DNA of 57,263 bases from Prorocentrum cordatum (lineage: Eukaryota): contig CAUYUJ010000039.1 of assembly GCA_963575745.1 (NCBI GenBank), positions 62,001 through 119,263 of the forward strand, written 5' to 3'. Below are positions 34,497 to 46,859 of the stretch, in pieces. Position numbers and translations under genes: made by a program. The notes under the pieces are model-generated. The model worked only from the letters and a program-made list of their open reading frames with translations, ran no database searches and was not told the origin of the DNA. Position 1 is the first letter of the stretch. Each line of letters opens with the position of its first letter.

Positions 34497-34945
34497 GCAT
34501 GGCTTCGGGGACGCGAATCCGCGAATCTGAATCGTTTACTAGGGTTTATGGCCTCGGGGGCGCAAATACCGCATAATCTACGAGGGTTTATGGCCTCGGG
34601 GGCGCAACTATCGAGTAATTTATGATGGTTGATGGCCTCGGGGACGCAACAATTGTGTAATTTGCGAGGGTTAGTTGCCTCGGAAACGCAAGTATGGTGT
34701 AATTTACAAATGTTTCTGGCCCTGGGGACGGGAATATTTTATACTTTTCGGAGGTGTATGGCTCCGGGGGCGCAAATATTCAGTAAGTTATAGGGGGTAT
34801 TTTTTCGGGGGCGCGAACATTGCATGATTTACAAAGGTTTAGGGCTTCGGGGGCGCGTATATGGCATAATTTACAAAGGATTATGGCTTCGTCGACGCGA
34901 CTCTCGCGTAATTGACGAGGGTTTATGGCCTCGGGGGCGCGACAA
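34497..34945. repeat. Degenerate ~42-bp tandem repeat (GGGTTTATGGCCTCGGGGGCGC core)
   Basis: The core recurs at about 42-bp spacing, roughly 11 times. Confidence 0.75.
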
Positions 34946-35144
34946 TCATGTATTTTCACTTGTCCGGCGTGGTAAAACAGCTGGTTTGGGGCTCCCCCCC
35001 GCGTGCGTTCATCAACAACTAACACTAAGGAAGCAGAAAGCAGGACTGTAACAGAGTGGAAGCTGGAAACTGCGACTGGAACAGGTTGCTGCAATCCTCA
35101 CCCTCGCAGCCTGGTGGCCCCGCAAGGGGGCCGGCGGATTTTTA

Positions 35145-36557
<1,413 letters not shown>

Positions 36558-37128
36558 TGACACTGCTGATGTTTCTGACTCATCCTCAATCATGCGGACT
36601 CCCCTGAGGCTTCTGGGGAACCCCTAGGATTGCCCGAGAGATCCCCTGAGGCTTCTGGGGAACCCCTAGGATTGCCCGAGAGATCCCCACGCGGAGCCCC
36701 AGAGGCCACTCCGACGGCTTCAAGGGTCGCCAAGAGCCTCTCATGACGACCCAATTCAGACGGGCCACGAGCGCCCTCAGACAGCCCCCTCGAGGCTCCA
36801 AGGCAGCACCAAAAGACCCCCAAGAGGCCTCCAATTTCCCCCAGGCTCCCAAGAGTCCAACAGGACGTCTACACCGCTCAATATCCACGGGGGAACCACA
36901 GGTTCTTCAGAACTTGCCTTTTCGCTCTCGATTGGCCCGTCTTTAAGGCCTTCCTGAAACGACAGACGAGAGGCCCGAGAGAACCCTCAATACATTCCAG
37001 GAGCTCGCCCCCCCATCCTCCCAAACGCCTCCAAGAGGCGTTTCAGGCGCGCAGTCTGCTGGATGTTTCTGGAGGCCTCTCCAGGAACATCGGGTCGCCG
37101 ACGATGACAATGATGATTTTGGTGTTTA

Positions 37129-38095
37129 ACCCCATGCCCACGATAACAATGTACCCCCCCCCCTTAAGTCGTTAGAGTTTTTTCATCGTCGACCAATAAG
37201 AGTTTGGTCGGGGGCGCGGGGGCGCGGAGGCCGAACTTCATTATCAGTGGGAAAGTTCGCCATCGAGGTTACTTCCGTCTCATGTTGAGATAACAACATC
37301 AAGCGAAGCGAACACGTTTTTTTCAGGATGTCGAAGGCGAAACCAATAATTTCGGGATGCAGGCTCAAACGAAATGATCAATGTTTCTTTCTCTTCCTCC
37401 CCGTGGCCCCTGAATTTGTTTACCGCTGTGCTTTATTATCCAAGGAAACCGGGGCAGATGAGCTACCCTAGACGATCAGATGAATCTTTGAATGTTCATT
37501 AAGCGCGTATAAATTAAATCTAATAAGTTTGGAACTTTGGATTTTTGTTATCTCCTTCTCCTCTCCTCCTCTTGCTGTTTCTCCTCTTCCTCCTCCTCTT
37601 CCTCCTCTACCTCCCCTTCTCTTTCTATATTTCTATGTATATCTCTATCTTTCTTCTCCTCCCCCTGCCCCCTGAACTTGTTTATCGCTGGAGTTCACTA
37701 TCCATGGAACTCGTTAATGGGGCCGACGCAAGCGTCAATTCATTTCTATAACAAATAATAATACACTCATAGAGATCTATAAGGAATCCATAGGAATCTG
37801 AAGAAACCCAAAGGAATCTATCTACATCTATAAGTATTCATATAGAAACCTGTAGGGATGTAGAAAACCCATAAGAATGTCGTGGAGGATGTCTCAACCG
37901 AGACAAATCATTGTTGAGGATGTCTCATAGAGGACCAAAGACCAAGGCTTCTCAAGATATCTTTGGCTTTTTGATATCTTTGGCTTTTTCCTCTTGATAT
38001 CTCTTTATGCTGGCTCTGGCGGGCAACTTTTATTATCCCCCCCGAAAACCCCGAACTTTATTATCCCTTAGGGTTTATTATCGGGGGCATGGGGT
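37129..38095. mobile_element. 967-bp non-autonomous TIR element, TA-flanked
   Basis: TA|ACCCCATGCCCACGATAA ... TTATCGGGGGCATGGGGT|TA (18-bp TIR, 1 mismatch). The interior is AT-rich, with a repeated TTTATTATC motif. Confidence 0.75.
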
Positions 38096-38192
38096 TAGTT
38101 TGGTGATGACGTGGATGATGATGGTGATGATGATGATCTGCTGATGATGATGATGATGCTGATGATACTGATACTGATACTGATGATGATGT

Positions 38193-38223
<31 letters not shown>

Positions 38224-40400
38224 GATGAGGATGATGCTTATGATGCGTATGCTGGTGATGCTGACGATGATGATTATGATGATGATGATGATGACGCTGA
38301 TGCTGATGATGACAAAGGTGATTGATGGTGATGGTGATGGTCACGATGCTGATGGGACAAGACGATGGCAGTGACAACGTTGACGATCAGTGTAGCTGTG
38401 GTGGGAAAAATGGCGATGGGAGCGTGATTAAAAATGTTAATCCAGTTTATGACGAGGTAAGGATGATGATGAGGAGGCGGAGTAGAGGGATGATGATGAG
38501 GAGGAGGAGGAGGAGGAGGATACGCGAGTTTGACGTGACGGCATTGCCAGCAGCATTGGGCCAAATCTGTGTCCCATGATGTTGCTGTTGATGATCATAT
38601 GGATGGCCATGGTGATTAGTAGGATTGCCATGAATAGGATGCTATGTCAGGAGTGTGTTAATAGAAAAGAGGATGAGGGTGAGAATGCGTACGAGTGCGG
38701 CACGCGCTTGTGCATGACAGTGCTGTCCAGGCTCTTCAAGCGACTCTTCCTGCCTGCGCTAGAATCTGAGCGCGCATATGCAGATGTATACACTCTACTC
38801 TAGCCTTTCCTCTTGTCCATTAAGACCACCCGAACCTGTTGAGGTTTGCGGCACAGCGCTGAGCTGCACACGGGGCGTTGGGCAGAGCCACGAGTGGGGG
38901 AGAGACCTTGGATGAGGTGCAGTCCTGCGAACCAGACTTCGGAACGTCAGCCCGGGCACGGTGACAGCCGGGGCCGAGCAGGCAGGAGCGACAGAAGCAG
39001 TGTACGGGTTAGTGGGCCACAGCTGTCGGTGGTTCAAAGATGGTGTCCTGAGGGATGGCCTGAGGGCAAGGTGCCTCAGACACTGTATCTCCACCCTTGG
39101 ATCCCTTCCTATCATTGAGTCCCATCGTTGGATTCATCTTTGAATCACGCAGAGCGGGGTCGTGAAGGAACTGGAAGGAGATCGGGGCAGGGAAAGGTTG
39201 GAATCGGAGGGCAGAGGGCGTTGGAGTCAGCTGGGGGTCTGAGGTGGCCCAGCACTGGTTCCGGCCAGAATGGGAGCGGGGCAGGTTCCCTGACCTTCCA
39301 GGGTGCTGGAAACCTATGACCTGGAAACCTATCTCGACTGCTTAAACCTCGACTGGAGTTTTGACGCCGATGTCCTGATGCTATTTTTCAGCCCTCCTTC
39401 ACGGTCAGGGTTAGAGGTTCGTGTTCGTTGTTGCCTTTATGGGTCGCCAGGGGCCGTGCTCGGGCACCCGAGTAACTGAACACGGTTCTGTAGTGAACAG
39501 TGCACTGGTGCACTAGATGGACCCGAGGGAGGGGTCTGGGAATTGGTTCGGAGGGGATTTGGCTTCCCCCCTTTCTTGACATGTTGTCTCGGGGCACGTC
39601 CAGCTCAGACCCCCCTGCGGCCACCTCCAGAAGGATGTCGGGGCCGGCGCAGCGGGGGGGTCCGAGTGCAGAGGGCGCCTTGCTCTCCGCATCAGGAGAC
39701 CATTCTCAACTTCGACCTGGCGGGCTCCTCAGTGTTTCGATGCAGCGGCTTCCATCTGTGAGCGCACACGTACAGTCGGGGCCCTGAAGAAGGAACCCTT
39801 TTCGTTGGGGAGGGGCTCGGTGTTCCTTGATTGGGCTGCAGTTTGCCTTCTGTTTTCCTGAGGTTTTCCATGGGAAATCGAAGTTCAACTTATGGGAGAG
39901 AGGGGCCCCGTTCCTTGTGTAGGGTTCCTTAGGTCAAGGCCCCGACTGTATGCGGGAATCTGGGCGGGGCCCAATCTGGGAGGCCACGGCAGGCCGTGCA
40001 AGTGAGCCGGTGGGGCGCAGGGGACCTTGGCCCTCTTTGCACCCTCGATGTTTGTTCACGGGAGCCTTGGGCGTGGCGGCGTTGGAGTCAGCTCGTCGTG
40101 CATTTGGACCGCGCTTGGACCTCATGTGGCCCTTCCTCCTGCTCCTCCTCGCCCCTCTTGCTCCTTTCTCCCTCGCTCTCCTCGTCTCCCCTCTGACAAG
40201 GTGAATCTGGAGTTGCACTGTCCTGCATTTGGGCCGCGTTTGGACCGCATTTGGCCCTTCCTCCTGCTCCTCCTCGCACTTCTTGAGCCTTTCTCTCTCG
40301 CTCTCCTCGTCTCCCCTTTGACAAGGTTCAGGAGGGACAAATATCCTGGCGAAGGACCCAACCATAAGCAATTGTTCGTAACGCGTTGTGGGTGCCGCTG

Positions 40401-41282
40401 TCGGTGGGGCTCCCTATGGGGCCACGAAGCGCTGCCCTGGGTGGGGGGAACGCATGCGAGAGCAGCCACTGGGGCCTTCGGTGGGGCTCCCTGTGGGGCC
40501 ACGAAGCGCTGTCCAGGGTGGGGGAAACGCTGGCGTGAGCAACCACTGGGGCCTTCGGTGGGGCTCCCTGTGGGGCCACGAAGCGCTGTCCAGGGCGGGG
40601 GAAATGCATGCGAGAGCAACCGCTGGGGCCTTCGGTGGAGCTCCCTATGGGGCCACGAAACGCTGCCCAGGGTAGGGGGAAATGCATGCGAGAGCAACCA
40701 CTGGGGCCTTCGGTGGAGCTCCCTATGGGGCCACGAAACGCTGCCCAGGGTGGGGGAAACGCATGCGAGAGCAACCACTGAGGCCTTCGGTGGAGCTCCC
40801 TATGGGGCCACGAAACGCTGCCCAGGGTGGGGGAAACGCATGCGAGAGCAACCACTGGGGCCTTCGGTGGAGCTCCCTATGGGGCCACGAAACGCTGCAC
40901 AGGGTGGGGGAAACGCATGCGAGAGCAACCACTGGGGCCTTCGGTGGAGCTCCCTATGGGGCTACGAAACGCTGCCCAGGGTAGGGGGAAACGCATGCGA
41001 GAGCAACCTCTGGGGCCTTCGGTGGAGCTCCCTATGGGGCCACGGAGCGCTGCACAGGGTGGGGGAAACGCATGCGAGAGCAACCACTGGGGCCTTCGGT
41101 GGAGCTCCCTATGGGGCTACGAAGCGTTGCCCATGGTGGGGGAAACGCATGCGAGAGCAACCACTGGGGCCTTCGGTGGAGCTCCCTATGGGGCCACGAA
41201 CCGCTGTCCTGGGTGGGGGAAACGCATGCGAGAGCAACCACTGGGGCATTCGGTGGAGCTCCCTATGGGGCTACGAAACGTG
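40401..41282. repeat. 77-bp tandem repeat, ~11.5 copies
   Basis: Unit GGGGGAAACGCATGCGAGAGCAACCACTGGGGCCTTCGGTGGAGCTCCCTATGGGGCCACGAAACGCTGCCCAGGGT. GCATGC recurs at 40761, 40838, 40915 and so on. Confidence 0.95.
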
Positions 41283-41649
41283 TGAGAGGTGGGCCGAGTG
41301 CAGAGGCAAGGAGGGGGAGGAGGGAGGGGGAGGAGGAGGAAGGAAGGAATGAGGTGGGACGCGGGGCGCTGTCTCTTCAAAACGAGGATCCAACACCACA
41401 GGATGGTTGGGAAAACACACACAGCCACAATTAATCGTCGACCCCCACGAAAATACGGGAAAATATGGGGAGTGGGGGGGAAGACAAACATCCAGACCAT
41501 ATTGACTTATCCCGGCAAGGCAACCTAACAGCGATGTGTAGGAGCATATATGGAAGCATTCCCCTTAAGATTCAGATGAGAATCCAGTTGTAGAATTCTG
41601 TTGTTCTCGCAGTCGTAGTCGCATTCGCGATGACAGTCGCAGTGGCAAC

Positions 41650-42300
41650 AGCCTGCCGCAGCATCAGCCTGCCTCAGCCTCAGCCTCAGCCTGCCTCAGC
41701 CTCAGCCTCAGCCTCAGCCTCAGCCTCAGCCTGCCTCAGCCTCAGCCTGCCTCACCTCAGCCTCAGCTTCCTCTGCCTTCAGCCTCAGCTGCATCAGCCT
41801 CAGCCTCAGCCTCAGCCTCAGCCTCCTCATCATCACCTGCCTCAGCCTCAGCATCAGCCTGCTCAGCCTCACCTCCAGCCTGCCTTTCAGCTCAGCCTCA
41901 GTTCTGCCTTCAGCTCGGCTCAGGCCTCAGCCTGCCTAAGCCTCAGCTGCATCAGCCTCAGCCTCAGCCATCAGCCTGCTCAGCTCAGCCTGCCCTCAGC
42001 CTCAGCCTCAGCCTCAACCTGCCTCAGCCTCAGCCTCAGCCTGCTTCAGCCTCAGCTTCAGTCTGCCTGCAGCCTCGGCCTCAGCATCAGCCTGCCTCAG
42101 CCTCAGCCTGCCTCAGCCTCAGCCTCAGCCTCAGCCTCAGCCTCAGCCTCAGCCTGCCTCAGCCTCAGCTTGCCTCAGCCTCAGCCTCAGCCTGCCTCAG
42201 CCTCAGCCTCAGCCTGCCTCAGCCTCAGCCTCAGTCTGCCTTCGGCCTCGGCCTCAGCCTCAGCCTGCCGCAGCCTCAGCCTGCATCAGCCTCAGCCTCA
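41650..42300. repeat. (CAGCCT)n hexamer microsatellite
   Basis: Direct reading. Confidence 0.95.
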
Positions 42301-42315
42301 AGCGTCACCGCTCAG

Positions 42316-42675
42316 CATTCAAATGTGGCCCGGTAATGGAGTTCTGGTGAACTCGAATGACACGAAAAAAAAAAAAAAAAGTGGCCTACAGTTGGGTCCG
42401 GGCATTCAAAATCATGCCCAGGAATGGAGTTCTGGGAACTCGAAGACCACGAAGTGGCCTACAGTTGGCTCCGTGCATTCAAAATCATGCCCAGGAATGG
42501 AGTTCTGGGAACTCGAAGAACACGAAGTGGCCTACAGTTAGCTCTGGGCATTCAAAATCATGCCCAGGAATGGAGTTCTGGGAACTCGAAGAACACGAAG
42601 TGGCCTACAGTTAGCTCTGGGCATTCAAAATCATGCCCAGGAATGGATTTCTGGGAACTCGAAGACCACGAAGTG
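42316..42675. repeat. 73-bp tandem repeat, ~5 copies
   Basis: CATTCAAAATCATGCCCAGGAATGG at 42403, 42476, 42549 and 42622, plus a diverged first copy. Confidence 0.9.
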
Positions 42676-45600
42676 CGTTCTGTTGGCTAAAAAAGGAGTC
42701 TCCGGATTCCCGCGGCACCCGTCCGGCATCTGCCCAGACCCCCCTGGGGAGTCATGATGCTCTCTTTTGAGCCCACTAGAACCCTATCAGTCTTCGCTGT
42801 TAGGTAAAAATGTGGGGGATCATTTTATTTGTGTGAATTTGTTTGTGTGTCCTTGGGACCCTTCAAAGGTGAATCTGGTCCCAATCCCGTCCGGATCTCG
42901 TCCCGCATCTGGCCCCAACCGGACAGCGCCGGGGGCCACGTGGGCTCCCAGGGAACAGACACCAGATGCACCCATCCTCGCCCTCGCGTTTCTGCAGGCC
43001 TCCCTCCTCCTCCTCCTCCTCCTCCTCCTCCTCCTCCTCCTCCTCCTCCTCCTCCCTCGTCCTCCTTCTCCTTGCTCCTTCCTCCTCCTCCTCCTCCTCC
43101 CTCCTCCCACTCCTCTCCTCCTGCCTCCTCCACCTCTCCCTCCTCCGCCCCCTCCTCCTCCTCCTCCTCCTCCTCCCCCTCCTCCTCCTCCTCCTCCTCG
43201 TGCTTCGTCTCTCCTGTTTCGCGGCTGAGCCCCAGGGAGGGATGGGATTGGCAGGAACGCCTGGGATGGGCAGAGACTGTTCGGGGTCCCGGAGCGCGTT
43301 TGCAGAGTTCCCCACGGCGCTCTCCGGAGCGGGGCAGGCGCCCGATGTGTCCTCCACCTCCACACCAGCCGTGTCTCAGAGACCCCTGGTGCATCCCAAC
43401 TCGATTTGGTCTTCGTCATGGTTTCCCGAGAGGGGGGGCTCGGCAGAGAACGTGTGGGGAGCCACAGCCCTGGCATCCTCACGCCGTGAAAGACTCACGA
43501 CGTGCGTCTGTTTGGCAGTCCATCCAGCAACTGGTCTCAGGGAGCTGTCTTAACGAGGAGCGAGGGGAATTCTAGACGCTTCGCGTATCCCCACCAGCCC
43601 GTCCAGAAACGACGCCCAGGCGAGTAGAGGGTCGTCCTGAGGAGCTTTTCGGCGTCTTGGGTGCCTCGGGGGGGCCTCTGTGGGCCGTTCGGGATCCTCT
43701 TGGGGGCATCCTGGGGGCCTCTTGGGGCCTCTTGGGGCCATCTTGGGGCCTTTGGGGGCCTCCTGGGCGCTTCTTGGGGCCATCTTTGCCCCCTCAGGAG
43801 GCCAAAATGGGGCCAAAATCTCAGTAAAATCAATGATTTTGGCTTCCTCGCCGAGGCCGTTTTGGACGCTCTGACCGCTCGCGGCCCCCCCCGTCCAGGT
43901 CCACGGGGAGGGGGTAGGGGGAGGGGTAAACACCTCCCCGAAGGGAAAGAGGGAGGGGTGGAAGAGGAAACGCCTTAAACCACCGACGCCCAGTGGGCTG
44001 GTGGGATTGCCTCGATCAGGGAAGTGGACAGCACACAGAGGAAGCCAGTATGAGACATCTTGGGATTTCTTGAGCCATCTTGGAGGTCATTTTGGGCTCT
44101 CCGAGGCGCTCTTGGAGTCAACTTAATCAGTGCCCCCCCCAAGAGGCCAACATGTGGCTAAAACCTTAGTGCAAACAATGGTTTGACATTATCGCCGAGG
44201 CCTCTGGGAGCACCTTGGGTGCCTCGGGGGGGTCTCTTGTGGTTGGGGGGGTGTGGGTGGGGGGGGGGGGGTGGTGGGTGGGGGGGTGGGGGGCTTGGGG
44301 GGGGGTTGGGGTTCTTGGTGGGGGGGGGGGGGGGGGGTTGGTGGGGTGGTGGGTTGGTGGGTGTGGTGGTGGGGGGGGGGGGAGGGGGGGGGGTGGGGGG
44401 GGTGGGGGGGTGGGGGGTGGGTTGGGGGGCTGGGGGTGGGGGGTGGTGGGTGGGGGGGGCGGGTGGTTGGTGGGGGGGGGGGGGGGGGGGTGGCCGGTGG
44501 ATGGGGGGAGTTGGGGGGTGGGGGGGGGGGGGAGTGTGGGGGGATGGGGGGGTTGGACTCTCTGCGGGGGTGGGGGGGGTCTCTTGGGGGCCTCCTGGGG
44601 GCCTCTTGGAGGGCCTCTTGGGGCCATCTTGGGGCCATCATGCGGCCTCTTGGGGCATCCTGGGGGCCTCTTGCGGCCATCGTGGAGGAAATCGATCAAA
44701 GAAGAGGGGAGCTTTAATTAGCACTGCCCCCTCAGAAGGCCAACATGGGGCCCAAACCATAGTAAAATCAATGATTTTGGCTTCCTCGCCGAGGCCGTTT
44801 TGGACGCTCTGACCGCTCCCCGCCCCTCCTGTCCAGGTCAGTGGGGAGGGGGTAGGGTAGGGGGAGGGGTAAACCCCTCCCCGAAGGGGAAGAGGGAGGG
44901 GTGGAAGAGGAAACGCCCCAAACCACCGACGCCCAGAGGGCTGGTGGGATTTCTCCCGCACTCCTCTGTACCATCTTCTTCGGTGAGGTCATCGTCCTCG
45001 CCCTCGGCGTAGTGCGCGCCTATTCCACACGAAGCGTGAGAAAGAACACGGTTTTCAAGTGCAACCGTTTTCTCGCTTGTGCCGTGCCTCCCCGGCCTCG
45101 CCACGATGGCTTCAAATCAGCCTTCGGTGTGCAGCGGCATCCGCGTTTTGGCACCAGCCGTGGAGGCATTCAGTCGGTTCCCACCTTCTCCTCAATACAT
45201 ATATCTATATGTATGTATATAGATATATACAGTTACATATATATATATATGCATACATGTATACGTATGTAAAGGTTATTGTGAATGTGTGTGTGTGTGT
45301 GTGTGACTGTATGTGCCGTTGGGCTGGCAGGCGCCCCGTCGGTGCTTTGCGAATGCCTTTGTGGTCCACTTCAGAGTTCCTCGCGACAGGAGGAGAGGCG
45401 CCAGAAGGGTCTGTGGGAAGCAGGGGACGTGTGGGTGCAAGCCACGGTCTCGCCGCTGACGAAAGAGCTCATACCGCACAGCCTCGATGCCATCCCGGAC
45501 TGATGGCCTGGCACGTCGCCTTCGAAACAGCACTCTCGTGGCAGAGTGTCCCAGAGCAACTGTTACGATGGGGGCCACGATGGGGGGACACGATGGTGTC

Positions 45601-46636
45601 AGGAAAACGATAATGAAGGGGAGGAGGAGGAGGAGGAGGAGGAGGAGGAGGAGGAGGAGGAGGCCTTCGTGGACCTTTCCTTGCGAGAGCCTCCTGGTGG
45701 ACTCTTGGATGCATCCTGGGGTCCTCTTGGGGTCCCCTTGGGACCTCTCTGGGCCCGCATGGGCCCCATAGTATCTCTATATATATATATAGAGAGAGAG
45801 ATATGCATAAGTTCTTGGGAGGCGTCTTGGGGCCCCGTTGGAGCGATCTTGGTTCGATCTTAGGCCCCGTTGCTCAGGCTGGGGGGGCGACCCTTATCCT
45901 TCATTCGCCCACTCGTCCCCGCCCCACATTCCTCGTAGGCTGAACAGTTGGCTCCGTGGGCCCTCTTCGAGCGCTCCTGGGGTGCTCTTGCGGCCGTCTT
46001 GTAGCCCTCTTGGGCCCGTCTTTGGGCCCTGTTGGTCCTTTTGGAGCCATCATGGGGTCTCACGGGCTCGTCGGAAGCGAAAAGGCGAGAGGGCAACAAT
46101 CATTCTTGTTTTCAGTTGGCGTGGAAACGGCTCGGGACTCTTGGGGGGTTCATTGGGAGGCTTCGTTGCCACTTGGAGCCGCCTTGCGGCCTCCTTAGGA
46201 CATGTCGGAGGCATTCGGAAGCTACAGCCAAGACGCTGTAATAAGGAACGCCTCGGGTGCGGAAGGGGCTCGCTGTTCCTTGAGCTCTTCCATGGCTCCT
46301 CCTTCATCACTCCTCGTGCACCTAGGCGCTTCTGGGGCCAAGAAGGGGCTTCGTTCCTTGTACCTCGACTGTATCACGAACCACCTCGATCTTGAGCCAT
46401 CGTGGAGGCCATCTTGGCGCAGCGGGGGCCACCCGGGGCCGTCTTGAAGCCAATGAGGACCGCGTGACGCCGCGGGCCCCCCCCTCCCGCCCAGACCCAG
46501 GGGGGAGGGGGCAGTGCGCGGGGTCGAGCTGCCCAGGAACCGCAAGCCGTCTTCATGTTGCGACCTGCTTCTCCCGACCGATGGGCACGTGGCATCCGAG
46601 TCTCACCACGTCTGGTGGCCTCCGGCCCATCCCGCC

Positions 46637-46859
46637 CTTAGTGGGCCCTGGAAACGACAGGGCCGTTTTTTTTACCGCTTCCGTTTTGCCGTTTTTTTGC
46701 CGGTTCCAGCGCCGTTTGTTTACCGGTTCCGTCGCCGTTTTTTGGCCGGTTCCGGCTCCGGTTCCAATCCTGGAGCCGTTTTTGTGCCGTTTCCATTTTC
46801 AAGAGACATTTTTTGGAAGCGGTAAAAAAACGGCCCTGCCGTTTCCGGAGCCCACAAAG
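46637..46859. mobile_element. MITE-like element with ~45-bp TIRs
   Basis: GTGGGCCCTGGAAACGACAGGGCCGTTTTTTTACCGCTTCC is the inverse of GGAAGCGGTAAAAAAACGGCCCTGCCGTTTCCGGAGCCCAC. The interior is made of CCG(G)TT repeats. No clear TSD. Confidence 0.7.

Noticed and set aside
34497..34945. CRISPR-like array
   Set aside because: The variable parts are related to each other, the cores are degenerate, there are no cas genes, and the context is eukaryotic.
40401..41282. CRISPR array
   Set aside because: Whole units repeat with no unique spacers.
44235..44580. G-quadruplex or Gly-rich gene
   Set aside because: Irregular G/T runs between two near-duplicate repeats look like low-quality consensus sequence.
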